A stretch of 64,000 nt of DNA, from positions 1,088,001 to 1,152,000 of the forward strand of contig JBLWTJ010000001.1 of NCBI GenBank assembly GCA_048270185.1, in the 5' to 3' direction. Positions 9,823 to 19,034 of this stretch are shown here, piece by piece. The position numbers and the translations under genes are program-made. Each line of letters begins with the position of its first letter. Position 1 is the stretch's first letter. Below the pieces are notes generated by a model that saw nothing but the letters and a program-made list of their open reading frames with translations, searched no databases and was not told the origin of the DNA. Origin of the DNA: Bacteriovoracaceae bacterium (lineage in GTDB: Bacteria; Bdellovibrionota; Bacteriovoracia; Bacteriovoracales; Bacteriovoracaceae).

Positions 9823-10761
9823 ATGAATTTCTTTCCGATACGTATATCAACGATTGATCCTCAAAAGGCCATTACTTTTGACCTCTACATATATTTTAAA
9901 GAGACATATCTTAAGTACCAAGAAGAAGGTACTCCTATAACTGATGATAAACTTGAAAAATTAAAGAACCAACAAGTTGCTAAGTTCTATATTCAAAGTT
10001 CAGATATTGATATTTATCAAGCTTATATCGACGAGTTGATGCAAGAAAAAATGCAATCTCCAGATACAAGCCTTGAGGATCAGGTCACTCTAATTGACGG
10101 TGCTTGTAAGACGGCCATTGAACAATCAATGAATAATCCAGAAAGTGAATCTTCTTTTAATATTACTCAAGCGGCGGCCGGACAATTAAAGAAAGTTTTA
10201 TCAACTAATCCTGATGCATTAAAGAAGTTCTTTGAAAAGAAAACCATCGATACAGATCTTATTATTGAGCACTCAATGAACGTTGCTTCTCTAGCAACAA
10301 GACTAGCGATACGCATCGGCTGTAGTGATAGTGAGATTTCAAATATTGCTTCAGCAAGTTTACTTCACGATGTTGGAATTACAAGACTTAATAAAAATGA
10401 CCAGAACCTTTTTAAGAAAACAAAAGAAAGCCTTGATGATGATGAGAAAAGAGTTTACGGACTTCATGTAAAGGATGCGATTAGTGCATTAAAAGATATG
10501 CCATGGATTCCAAAAGAAGTCTTAAGTCTTATCGTTAATCATGAGGAAGTTAATGGTGGATCAGGGCCAAATAAGTTAGTAAAACTGACTTTACCTATTA
10601 TGATCCTCTCACTTGTAAATACGTACGATAAACTTGTAACAATTAATCAAATGAATCCACGAGATGCACTGATGGAGTTAACTCTTACTCATGTTGATCA
10701 CTATGAGCACGATGTAATTAATAAATTTAAGGATATACTAATTGATGAAGGTATTGTTTAG
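9823..10761 (+). CDS. HD-GYP-like protein with degenerate GYP motif
   Basis: EHSMNVA, LLHDVG; NHEEVNGGSGP replaces HHERxDGxGYP. Confidence 0.8.
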   Translation: MNFFPIRISTIDPQKAITFDLYIYFKETYLKYQEEGTPITDDKLEKLKNQQVAKFYIQSSDIDIYQAYIDELMQEKMQSPDTSLEDQVTLIDGACKTAIEQSMNNPESESSFNITQAAAGQLKKVLSTNPDALKKFFEKKTIDTDLIIEHSMNVASLATRLAIRIGCSDSEISNIASASLLHDVGITRLNKNDQNLFKKTKESLDDDEKRVYGLHVKDAISALKDMPWIPKEVLSLIVNHEEVNGGSGPNKLVKLTLPIMILSLVNTYDKLVTINQMNPRDALMELTLTHVDHYEHDVINKFKDILIDEGIV

Positions 10762-11074
10762 CTTTTTAATTTTAATAGTGACTTCAACACTTCTCTACTC
10801 TTGTGAGTCGAAGATTGTTAATGAAGAAACCTGCGACCTTGAATCAATGAAGTGTTATCGCGGCTATCCTCACTCTTGTGACTTCATCAAAAAATGTACT
10901 GGTGTTGAACATAAATTTACCAAGAAGCTCTGTTCAAAAGCTTTTAATGAACTCTATATGGGTGGAAACTCAAAGGCCGTCATAGAAACATACACACCAA
11001 AAATACTTCACTGTTTCAACGATAAGGAATTTATTAATTTCAATATTGATAAGAAGTTAAGACCCAAAGAGTGA
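10742..11074 (+). CDS. Hypothetical Cys-rich lipoprotein
   Basis: Hydrophobic N-terminus with LYSC lipobox and six further Cys. Confidence 0.65.
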   Translation: MMKVLFSFLILIVTSTLLYSCESKIVNEETCDLESMKCYRGYPHSCDFIKKCTGVEHKFTKKLCSKAFNELYMGGNSKAVIETYTPKILHCFNDKEFINFNIDKKLRPKE

Positions 11075-11455
11075 CAATCGAAGTCTTTTTAAAAAAGAAC
11101 GATGTGTTTTAATTCGCTTCTTTGTCTTAATAGCATGTTTAGTATCATGCATCGTTTGAAACTCACGCTCTCTATTATCGATATATTGCTTTAACTCTAA
11201 CTCTTTTTGAGGGTCAATAAAGTTCTCTCTAAGACTCTTTGCATATTCATCATTCTTTTGAGTTACTTCCTTGGCCTTCTTAAGAGCAAGACTTGCAACT
11301 GTACTCTTTTGAGATTGAGTGATTCCTTCCCAAGGACGTTGTTGCTTATCATTTGGAATGCTATTTTCGACTTCAGAAGTAATTATCTCTTCAATAATTA
11401 CTTCCTTCTTCTTTATTTCTTTCTTCGTATTAAGATCACTTAATCCAATGGCCAT
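11057..11455 (-). CDS. Hypothetical 132-aa protein, candidate ParA partner
   Basis: Starts 2 bp after the parA stop; charged and helical; C-terminus RSFLKRLRLSLFGS. Confidence 0.7.
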   Translation of the reverse strand: MAIGLSDLNTKKEIKKKEVIIEEIITSEVENSIPNDKQQRPWEGITQSQKSTVASLALKKAKEVTQKNDEYAKSLRENFIDPQKELELKQYIDNREREFQTMHDTKHAIKTKKRIKTHRSFLKRLRLSLFGS

Positions 11456-11457
11456 AA

Positions 11458-12564
11458 TTAGAACCTACTTCCTAAATTTCCAAGTTTAGAATGAGCTATA
11501 CCACCAAGAACTCTTGCTTGGTAACCATTATTTAAATTAAGTTGAGCTTGCTTATCATGATGATTAGTTATGGCCTCATGAATTTGCTTGAAAAGACTTA
11601 CTGTATCCTTAGCAATGGCCTTTCCTCCTACATGTTCACAAATCGAAAGATTAAGCGCCATGGCCTCTTCAGCACTAACAGACTCTTTGATCCCAACACT
11701 TGTACAGCCTTCAACATTATCAAAGTACCAATTGAGAATATCATTACTTAGTTTCTTATTTGTTGAATACTTTGTCGGAACAAAAATCGATTCAAAATTT
11801 AGCTGCATCTCAGATTTGAATTCATTTAAGAAATGCGAGAAAACTCTGAAGTTTCTAAAGTTATTTATCTTACACTCAAGTGGTGAAACAAGAGCATCAC
11901 AGGCCACGAGTGCATTCGTTGTTAGTTTATTCCAATTTGGCGAACAATCCATGATGATAAGATCAAAGTGTTCCTTCAGTGGATCAATAACACGTTCTTT
12001 AAGCCAGAACTCTCGACGATTAATATTATTAAGAGAATCATTCAGGGCCACAAGCTCTGGTGTCTCTGGAATAATAAAGAGGTTTGGAAGACCTACCTGA
12101 ACGATAACTTCATCAAGAGTTGCCTCCCCACTAAAGTAATCACAAAGGCCCTTCGTTTGATCAAGCCTTTGAATAAGTTCATCTAGGTTTCCATCGTCAG
12201 AATCTGATTCAAAACCAAGTGATGTTGTCACATCCCCTTGTATATCGAGACCCACAACACAAACTCGCTGGCCATGCAGAGCGGCCGTACGGGCAAGATT
12301 TAGAGCTAGCGTTGATTTAAGAACACCACCTTTAGTTGTGAAAACACAAACAGAAGTCGGTTTATCGAATTTCTTAAAGTAGCCTATTTTTTCACCAATT
12401 TGTGGAAGTAATTGAGTTGGCCATCCCTTTCTAAAAATAGCACCACTACGATATTTACGAGAAGATGGAATCTCCCCTGAAGACTCTAAGTCCTGAATAT
12501 TAAATTTTAAATTAGGATCACCATATAGATCGGCCACTTTTTTAAGTGGGTAGAAATTATCCAT
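11458..12564 (-). CDS. parA: ParA/SopA-type ATPase with N-terminal extension (type Ia-like)
   Basis: TKGGVLKST deviant Walker A, LDIQGD, IIMDCSP Walker B; the N-terminus ESSGEIP..RKGW resembles the SopA wHTH; strong SD GGAGGAG. Confidence 0.85.
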   Translation of the reverse strand: MDNFYPLKKVADLYGDPNLKFNIQDLESSGEIPSSRKYRSGAIFRKGWPTQLLPQIGEKIGYFKKFDKPTSVCVFTTKGGVLKSTLALNLARTAALHGQRVCVVGLDIQGDVTTSLGFESDSDDGNLDELIQRLDQTKGLCDYFSGEATLDEVIVQVGLPNLFIIPETPELVALNDSLNNINRREFWLKERVIDPLKEHFDLIIMDCSPNWNKLTTNALVACDALVSPLECKINNFRNFRVFSHFLNEFKSEMQLNFESIFVPTKYSTNKKLSNDILNWYFDNVEGCTSVGIKESVSAEEAMALNLSICEHVGGKAIAKDTVSLFKQIHEAITNHHDKQAQLNLNNGYQARVLGGIAHSKLGNLGSRF

Positions 12565-12669
12565 TATTAAGTCTCCTCCATAAGTACTTTAACTATAATT
12601 TTAAGCATTTAGTACAAACTGTGTCAAAAAAATCATACTCTAAAGGTTTGGACATGATACTATTGTGAA

Positions 12670-13203
12670 GTGGAAGCACTAGCACTGGATCATATTTACG
12701 ATTTCCATGGAAATAAGGCCCTTATTCGAGAGATTAATGCCTTTGATAAGCGCCTACTGCTGGAAGGCCTTCATGAAATGGAACCAAAATCTATTTATCA
12801 CCGCTTTTTCGCTGCCAAAAAAGGTCTCACGGCAAAAGAACTCATTAATCTAACTGAATTTGATCGCAATCTTCACTATGCCATCGGTGCAGTGACGGCA
12901 ACGACTCCTGTTCACCCAATGGGCACGGCCCGTTTTCACATCTTACAAGATGATAAAACTAGCGCAGAATTTGCAGTGACAATTATCGATAAGTATCAAG
13001 GTATGGGGCTGGGTAAAGAGTTACTTGGAATGCTCATTACTGAGGCCAAGAACCGTGGCATAAGAACACTTAGTGGGGATATGCTAACAACAAATACTCA
13101 GATGATCGCCTTGGCCCACTCAGTGGCCAAGACACATAATTGCAGAGTAAAACTCGTAAGCACTGAACCTGGGGTTCAAAAACTTACACTAAGCCTAGGC
13201 TAA
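12670..13203 (+). CDS. GNAT N-acetyltransferase (resembles the GNAT domain of Pat/PatZ)
   Basis: SIYHRFF, AEFAVTIIDKYQGMGLG, NTQMIALA. Confidence 0.85.
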   Translation: MEALALDHIYDFHGNKALIREINAFDKRLLLEGLHEMEPKSIYHRFFAAKKGLTAKELINLTEFDRNLHYAIGAVTATTPVHPMGTARFHILQDDKTSAEFAVTIIDKYQGMGLGKELLGMLITEAKNRGIRTLSGDMLTTNTQMIALAHSVAKTHNCRVKLVSTEPGVQKLTLSLG

Positions 13204-13209
13204 TAAAGC

Positions 13210-14487
13210 CTAAGAATGTTTTCCCTTTAATTTCTCTTTTCCGGCCATATATGGACGAAGGGCCTCTGGAACATAAACACCACCGTCTTCTTGTTGGTGA
13301 TTTTCAATGAATGGAACAAGAATTCTTGGCGTCGCAACCATTGTATTATTTAGAGTGAAGACATGTTGTACATTTCCATCAGCATCACGGTAGCGAGTAT
13401 TTGTTCTTCTTGCTTGCCAATCATGGAGCGCCGAACACGAGTGCGTTTCACGGTATTTTTCTTCACTTGGTACCCAACACTCAATATCGTACATACGATA
13501 CTTACCTGCTCCCATATCTCCTGTACAAACTTCAAGGATTTGGTATGGAAGCTCTAGTTTCTTACAGAATTCTTCAGCAGTTTCAAGAAGTGCCTTGTGC
13601 CATTTTTCAGACTCAGCTGCATCTCCCTTACAAATTACAAATTGCTCTGTTTTTTGGAATTGGTGAACACGAATAAGACCTTTTACATCCTTACCGTAAC
13701 TTCCCGCTTCTCCCCTAAAACATGGCGAAAAACCAGCATATAGAATAGGCAGATCACTTTCATTTAAAATCTCTCCACCATGAAGGCTATTAAGCTGAAC
13801 TTCAGCAGTTCCAGAGAGATAGATATCGTGCTCAGGAATATAGTAAGCATCATCACGTCCAGTTGGAAAATGTCCTGTTCCGTAAAGAGCATCTTCTCTT
13901 GCCATTGAAGGAGAAGATACAAGAGTAAATCCTTTTTCAATTAGCATATCTAATGCCATACGGTGCATGGCCATCTCAAGAAGAACCATATCATTTCTCA
14001 AAGAATATGAACGTGATCCACAAACCTTTGCGATATTTTTAAATTCGGCCCACTCATTCATTTCAAGAATTTCAACGTGGTGCTTTGGAGTAAATGAGAA
14101 ATTTGGCTTCTCACCTTCTACTCGTGAGATAACATTCTCACTATCATCTTTTCCAATTGGTGCATCTTTACTTGGAACCATTGGCACAAGGTACATTAGA
14201 TTTTTAAGCTTATCTTCAAGCTCATTAATTTCAGGGTTCATATCCTTAAGTTCATTTGCAATTTCTTTACCTTCTGCAATTAACTTAGGGCGATCTTCAT
14301 TTGAAGCTTGAGGGATTAACTTCGAGTGAGCATTTCTCTTCTCTTGTAAATCTTGTTGCTTTGATTTTAATTCAGAGAGACTAGCGTCAATTGACAGTAG
14401 TTCATCAAGATCAAGACCTACACGCTTATTTGCGATAACATCTTTCATTAACTCAACATTTTCTCTGATAAATTTAATATCTAACAT
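13210..14487 (-). CDS. serS: Serine--tRNA ligase
   Basis: MLDIKFIREN, GTAEV, CFRGEAGSYGKDVKGLIRVHQF, YRETHSCS, TLNNT. Confidence 0.98.
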   Translation of the reverse strand: MLDIKFIRENVELMKDVIANKRVGLDLDELLSIDASLSELKSKQQDLQEKRNAHSKLIPQASNEDRPKLIAEGKEIANELKDMNPEINELEDKLKNLMYLVPMVPSKDAPIGKDDSENVISRVEGEKPNFSFTPKHHVEILEMNEWAEFKNIAKVCGSRSYSLRNDMVLLEMAMHRMALDMLIEKGFTLVSSPSMAREDALYGTGHFPTGRDDAYYIPEHDIYLSGTAEVQLNSLHGGEILNESDLPILYAGFSPCFRGEAGSYGKDVKGLIRVHQFQKTEQFVICKGDAAESEKWHKALLETAEEFCKKLELPYQILEVCTGDMGAGKYRMYDIECWVPSEEKYRETHSCSALHDWQARRTNTRYRDADGNVQHVFTLNNTMVATPRILVPFIENHQQEDGGVYVPEALRPYMAGKEKLKGKHS

Positions 14488-14580
14488 TTGTACTCCAAAT
14501 TGAATTTTTATGGTTGTTAGAATACCTTAAAATCACTAAAATGGACACTTTAAATTAGCGGGCAAATCAAGGAGTTACTC

Positions 14581-14787
14581 ATGGCATCATGTCGTTATTG
14601 CGGTAAAGAAATTACGTGGATGAAAGACGGAAGAAAGAATGTACCAGTCGAAGGAGACGGTGGTATTCACAAGTGTGACAATATGATTAATGCGCGTAAG
14701 AGTTTTAGAAAAATTACTCCAACAGAAGTTGATCCAGAGCTTTTAAAGCAATATGAAAATGCGATTAACGAGAAGGCCAAAAAATAA
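14581..14787 (+). CDS. Small zinc-ribbon-like protein
   Basis: CRYC..I.W..P..DG..HKC; strong SD AAGGAG. Confidence 0.7.
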   Translation: MASCRYCGKEITWMKDGRKNVPVEGDGGIHKCDNMINARKSFRKITPTEVDPELLKQYENAINEKAKK

Positions 14788-15544
14788 TTAAGGCGCCAAT
14801 TAAAATCATAACGGCACAGTAAATCTGACCAATTGATAAGGCCCCCATAATAAGACCGATTTGCGGATCTGGGGTGCGAAAGAATTCCACAATGAATCGC
14901 CCCAGGCCATAGATAATTAGAAAGAGGCCAGAGTTTAACTTAGGCTTTTTTAAATTCTTCTTTAGTCCAAATAAAATCAAAAATAAGACAAGCCCTTCGA
15001 GGGCCGCTTCATAAAGTTGCGATGGATGGCGAGGATTCATATCATAGAGCTTTGGAAAAACCACGGCCCACGAAATATCTGTAACTCTCCCCGCAAGCTC
15101 ACCATTAATAAAGTTTGCGATACGGCCAAACATTATAGCTGGCCCAACAGAAGTCACAACAATATCAGTTAAGCGAAAGAATTCTATTTGATTTTTACGA
15201 CAGTAGAACCAAGTCCATAAAGCACCGCCAAGTAGGGCCCCGTGAAAACTCATCCCACCCTGCCAAAAATAAAGAACGCGTGAAAAGTCTTTGGCATAGT
15301 AAGAGTAATTATAAAAAAGAATATAGAATAGCTTCCCTCCAGCAAGCATCACAAAGAAGCCAGCAAAGAGGTAGTTCAAGTATTGTAGTGGAGTTACTTT
15401 TAAGTTTTGAGACTTAATTAGGTATTGACCGAAATAGAGTGTCCAAAAGTAGCCAAGAAAGTAGGCCAGCCAATACCAAGCGATTTTAATCCCGAAGAGA
15501 TCAATTGCTATGGGATTTAAATCGTGGACATAGAATTGTTGCAT
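14765..15544 (-). CDS. lgt: Prolipoprotein diacylglyceryl transferase
   Basis: WQGGMSFHG, FGRIANFINGELAGR, RHPSQLYEAALEG, RFIVEFFRTPD. Confidence 0.96.
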   Translation of the reverse strand: MQQFYVHDLNPIAIDLFGIKIAWYWLAYFLGYFWTLYFGQYLIKSQNLKVTPLQYLNYLFAGFFVMLAGGKLFYILFYNYSYYAKDFSRVLYFWQGGMSFHGALLGGALWTWFYCRKNQIEFFRLTDIVVTSVGPAIMFGRIANFINGELAGRVTDISWAVVFPKLYDMNPRHPSQLYEAALEGLVLFLILFGLKKNLKKPKLNSGLFLIIYGLGRFIVEFFRTPDPQIGLIMGALSIGQIYCAVMILIGALIIFWPSR

Positions 15545-15547
15545 TTA

Positions 15548-16036
15548 TTAGTTTGCCGTTAAATTAGAAAGTAACTTATTACATTCACTAATTAAATTAT
15601 CCATGTGTTTATCTTCAATTGCAAATCTCTGTTTATCTTGGGAAAAGCGATCTTGCTTTGAAAGGTCTTTTCGATTCTGATGGGTATCAAAGTGCTTAAT
15701 CTCTTCATACATTGAAAAGATAATTGGAAAGTCTTCATTTTCAACGAAGTCGATACGATCAATGAGCATACGAAGACGAATACAGGCCTCACTAGCTTCA
15801 CATTGTTTTTGAACAAAAGCGCGAGCAATTGTAATAAGGCTATCGCGAACAAAGGCCTGGCGCTCTTTCTCACGAGCTTCTCTTTGAGCTTCCATTTTAT
15901 CGTGTTCTGCAATTTTCTTTTTAGTCTCTTGCTTAAGCTTGATATAGAAGTAACCTACTCCAATTGAGAGGATGAAAACGAGGGCCGACAAAACAATAAA
16001 TGCGATATAGAATTGGTCTTGAGTCATATTATTCAT
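15548..16036 (-). CDS. DUF2489-like protein with N-terminal membrane anchor
   Basis: Start moved to MNNMTQ to avoid overlap with the upstream gene; TM helix followed by SLITIARA..QCEASEACIRL..THQNRK. Confidence 0.7.
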   Translation of the reverse strand: MNNMTQDQFYIAFIVLSALVFILSIGVGYFYIKLKQETKKKIAEHDKMEAQREAREKERQAFVRDSLITIARAFVQKQCEASEACIRLRMLIDRIDFVENEDFPIIFSMYEEIKHFDTHQNRKDLSKQDRFSQDKQRFAIEDKHMDNLISECNKLLSNLTAN

Positions 16037-16058
16037 AGGCTTCTTATACTGCGAATTG

Positions 16059-16967
16059 CTACATATGGCTAGGCTTTGGGGGATATGTTCCCGCAGGAGC
16101 CTCATCAAACCACTTCTTCACCTGAGAGACGATAAGTGCTTGATCTTTGGGTAGTGATCCTCCAATGGGGTACATATTTGAGACGTGATTAATCCTTAGA
16201 AGAATATCTCTTTGAGGCACAAGCCCCGCCAAAATATCATGCATTTCCCCTAGGATTTCCTTAACCGTTAGCATCTCAAAACCTCTTTGAACCATACGAT
16301 AATAGGGAGTTCCCTCCACTGCCATCGTCGTTAAAAAAGATAGGTAGTCAGGTGAAATATCAGATAAGACCTTTGCCGTCTCATTTACATGACTCTCAGT
16401 ATGCTTTTTGCCCCCAAGCCCTAACATAGCGATGACAGAAAGCTGCATACCTGCGCCCATCACTTTCCTAGAACCATCGATCATATCTTGGGCCGAATTT
16501 CCCTTAACCGTCATATGAAGAACTTTGTCACATCCGGACTCCATCCCAAGGTAGGCTATCCCTAGGCCTGCATCCTTTAGAAAACGTAGCTCCTCGTCTG
16601 TTTTATCCAGCATATTTTGGGCCGTGGCATAGACACCAACTCGAATATCACCAAATTCCTCTTTAATGGCCAATAGGCTCTTATAGAGATCTTCAGTTGG
16701 GGCACCCAGAGCATCACCATCACATAAAAATACTTTAGATGGCCTCATTTCAAATCGTCGATAATAGGCTCCCGCCTGACGAATATCGTTAATAACCTCG
16801 GACGAGTTTCGCTCTTTATACGTCTTAGATCGATACATATTGCAATAAGTACATTTATTATTGGAGCAACCGATGGTTTGTTGTATAAGGAGAGAGCGCC
16901 CCTCAGAAGGTGGCCTAAAAACTGGTTCATGATACTTGATTGGAAAATCATAATTAAAAATGCTCAT
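16059..16967 (-). CDS. Radical SAM protein of unknown substrate
   Basis: FRPPSEGRSLLIQ, GCSNNKCTYC, VFLCDGDAL, YLGMESG. Confidence 0.9.
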   Translation of the reverse strand: MSIFNYDFPIKYHEPVFRPPSEGRSLLIQQTIGCSNNKCTYCNMYRSKTYKERNSSEVINDIRQAGAYYRRFEMRPSKVFLCDGDALGAPTEDLYKSLLAIKEEFGDIRVGVYATAQNMLDKTDEELRFLKDAGLGIAYLGMESGCDKVLHMTVKGNSAQDMIDGSRKVMGAGMQLSVIAMLGLGGKKHTESHVNETAKVLSDISPDYLSFLTTMAVEGTPYYRMVQRGFEMLTVKEILGEMHDILAGLVPQRDILLRINHVSNMYPIGGSLPKDQALIVSQVKKWFDEAPAGTYPPKPSHM

Positions 16968-16996
16968 GGGCCTAGCTTAAAATAATTAGGTTAAAT

Positions 16997-17299
16997 ATGA
17001 AAGAATATATCATCGATTCCTATAGTGAAAAATTCCTAGTGACCCTAAGTGAAGGAGCAGAGTTTAGTATTCTTTGCGATACCCACTCAATTGCCCACCA
17101 CTTGGCCCTGTCGCTTAATCTCGGCACAATGGAAACTCCAGTACAAAACCCTGATCTCTTTACGCTTATTGGTAAGGTCAAAGGTTTAAATACATATAGC
17201 TTGTCACTTACGACTCCAAATATGCGTATCGATGACGATGCGGATTTCAACGATTGTTGCCAAAGCGGATGCAGTGGCTGCCCTTATTTCAACGGATAA
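16997..17299 (+). CDS. Hypothetical protein with C-terminal CCxSGCxxC motif (probable Fe-S or metal binding)
   Basis: Ends DCCQSGCSGCPYFNG. Confidence 0.7.
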   Translation: MKEYIIDSYSEKFLVTLSEGAEFSILCDTHSIAHHLALSLNLGTMETPVQNPDLFTLIGKVKGLNTYSLSLTTPNMRIDDDADFNDCCQSGCSGCPYFNG

Positions 17300-17302
17300 T
17301 TA

Positions 17303-18130
17303 ATGGAAGAACAAACACATACAAGTAAATTTACTGTAACAGCAAAGGCCCATACAGATATGAGCGCGGTGGATTTACTTGCCAGCAAGTGTGACCTTTC
17401 AAAAATAAAAATAAAGAACTTGATGAAACAAGGGGCCTGTTGGACAAAGAGCGAGAAGCCAGAACGAATCCGCAAGGCCAAGTATGAAGTCAAACGCGGC
17501 AAGACAATCAAGCTCTATGTTGACCCAAATATTAAAGACTTTGATATGACACAAGTAAAGTGTCTCCATGAAACACACCACTATGGTGTTTACTTTAAAC
17601 CTGCAGGCCTACTATGTCAGGGTACAAAGTATGGTGATGGCTTTACTATTCTTAGAGAAATTCATAAGCGTATGGGGAAAGAGCCATTTCTTATTCACCG
17701 CCTCGATAAGGAGACGGCCGGAGTAATGATGATCGCCTATACGAAGAAAGCTGCTCGTGCCTTCTCTCAGCAAATTAAAGATCATAAAATAGAAAAGACA
17801 TATCAAGCAGAAGTTAAAGGGTTCCCACCTGAAACAGGAAAGCTTGAAAGTGTTATCGAAGGCAAAGACGCAATTCTCGAATACACAGTGAAGAAGAAAT
17901 TAGAGAAGTCTTCTCTTGTTGAAATAAAATTGATCACAGGGCGCAAACACCAAATCAGAATTCAATTTACTGAACTTGGATTTCCAGTCATGGGTGATCC
18001 TCGCTACGGAAAAGGAAACGGAAACGACACAGGTCTGGCCCTTGTTGCAAGTAAGCTTAGCTTTGATGATCCATGGAGAAGTGGAAATTTTGTGACGATT
18101 GAAGCGCCTGAGGAGAATAGACTCTTCTAG
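17303..18130 (+). CDS. RluA-family pseudouridine synthase
   Basis: FKPAGL, IHRLDKETAG, LITGRKHQIR, GDPRYG. Confidence 0.93.
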   Translation: MEEQTHTSKFTVTAKAHTDMSAVDLLASKCDLSKIKIKNLMKQGACWTKSEKPERIRKAKYEVKRGKTIKLYVDPNIKDFDMTQVKCLHETHHYGVYFKPAGLLCQGTKYGDGFTILREIHKRMGKEPFLIHRLDKETAGVMMIAYTKKAARAFSQQIKDHKIEKTYQAEVKGFPPETGKLESVIEGKDAILEYTVKKKLEKSSLVEIKLITGRKHQIRIQFTELGFPVMGDPRYGKGNGNDTGLALVASKLSFDDPWRSGNFVTIEAPEENRLF

Positions 18131-18131
18131 T

Positions 18132-18323
18132 CTATTTGCTCTTTTTCAATTCTGATAAGTCCTTAAGATTAATATTCTTAACCTTAATATCTAATTCTTG
18201 AGCGATACGCTGTTTAAGCATTTCATTCTTATAATCATTGATCGGATTCTTACTGCGACGATTGATCGGGAATAAGTATTGATCTTTCTCAAAAAATGCA
18301 ATGTCGATTCTTCCTGCTTTCAT
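18132..18323 (-). CDS. Small hypothetical protein
   Basis: 63-aa ORF filling the intergenic gap; TAGATT hexamer 7 nt before the ATG. Confidence 0.5.
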   Translation of the reverse strand: MKAGRIDIAFFEKDQYLFPINRRSKNPINDYKNEMLKQRIAQELDIKVKNINLKDLSELKKSK

Positions 18324-18409
18324 AAAGCCGAATCTAACATAGAATGAGATAAGTTACATCTTTTTCTTAAGTTATTAACATTAAGTTCACTTACATCAAT
18401 AAGAGTCAA

Positions 18410-18955
18410 TTACTGAACATTAAATTCTAAATCAACTTTATCGTGAATAACCTTGTCTGCAAGCGTTCCAACAATTGTTGAACGATACATAATACCAAAT
18501 TTAGTGCGATCAAAACTAACCTTGCCTTGCGCAATTTTGCCGTCGTATGTCATATCAAATTCGAGAGGTCGCTTGGTATTCTTAATTTTAAAATTGGCCC
18601 TAACGCGATACTTCCCCTGATCGATCTTCTTAATGCTCGTCGTCTCCATTGTGGCATTAGGATATTTTTCAATCTCAAAGAAATCCCCCTGGCGTAAGTG
18701 GTTTTGTAATTTATCCTTCCACTCACCTTCAAGATCACGCACATCAATTGTATCCATATTAACAACGAAACTAGCTCTGATGGGCTCACCACTATCATTT
18801 ACTTCAATATTACCCTTGGCAAATTTCACATGTCCCCAATGCTCGCCTCCAACCTTAGAAGCGTGCCATTTCACATAACTCTTTTGAGTATCGACATCTT
18901 TTGCAAAAGCAAGAATTGAAAGTAATATACAAAAACTAATAAGCAAGAACTTCAT
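18410..18955 (-). CDS. YceI-family lipid/polyisoprenoid-binding protein
   Basis: Signal peptide, SYVKW..K..H.G, HLRQGDFFEIEKYP, FDRTKFGI. Confidence 0.9.
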   Translation of the reverse strand: MKFLLISFCILLSILAFAKDVDTQKSYVKWHASKVGGEHWGHVKFAKGNIEVNDSGEPIRASFVVNMDTIDVRDLEGEWKDKLQNHLRQGDFFEIEKYPNATMETTSIKKIDQGKYRVRANFKIKNTKRPLEFDMTYDGKIAQGKVSFDRTKFGIMYRSTIVGTLADKVIHDKVDLEFNVQ

Positions 18956-19034
18956 CGCTACCTCTTAGATAAATTCAGCATTTATTCTAAGAGGGAATAG
19001 AGTTTTAACGTATTAAAAGTTTTCTTAAAAATGT

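Noticed and set aside
16059..16967. CX4CX2C instead of CX3CX2C in the radical SAM protein
   Set aside because: To my knowledge this spacing is normal for the RPPSE-type subfamily.
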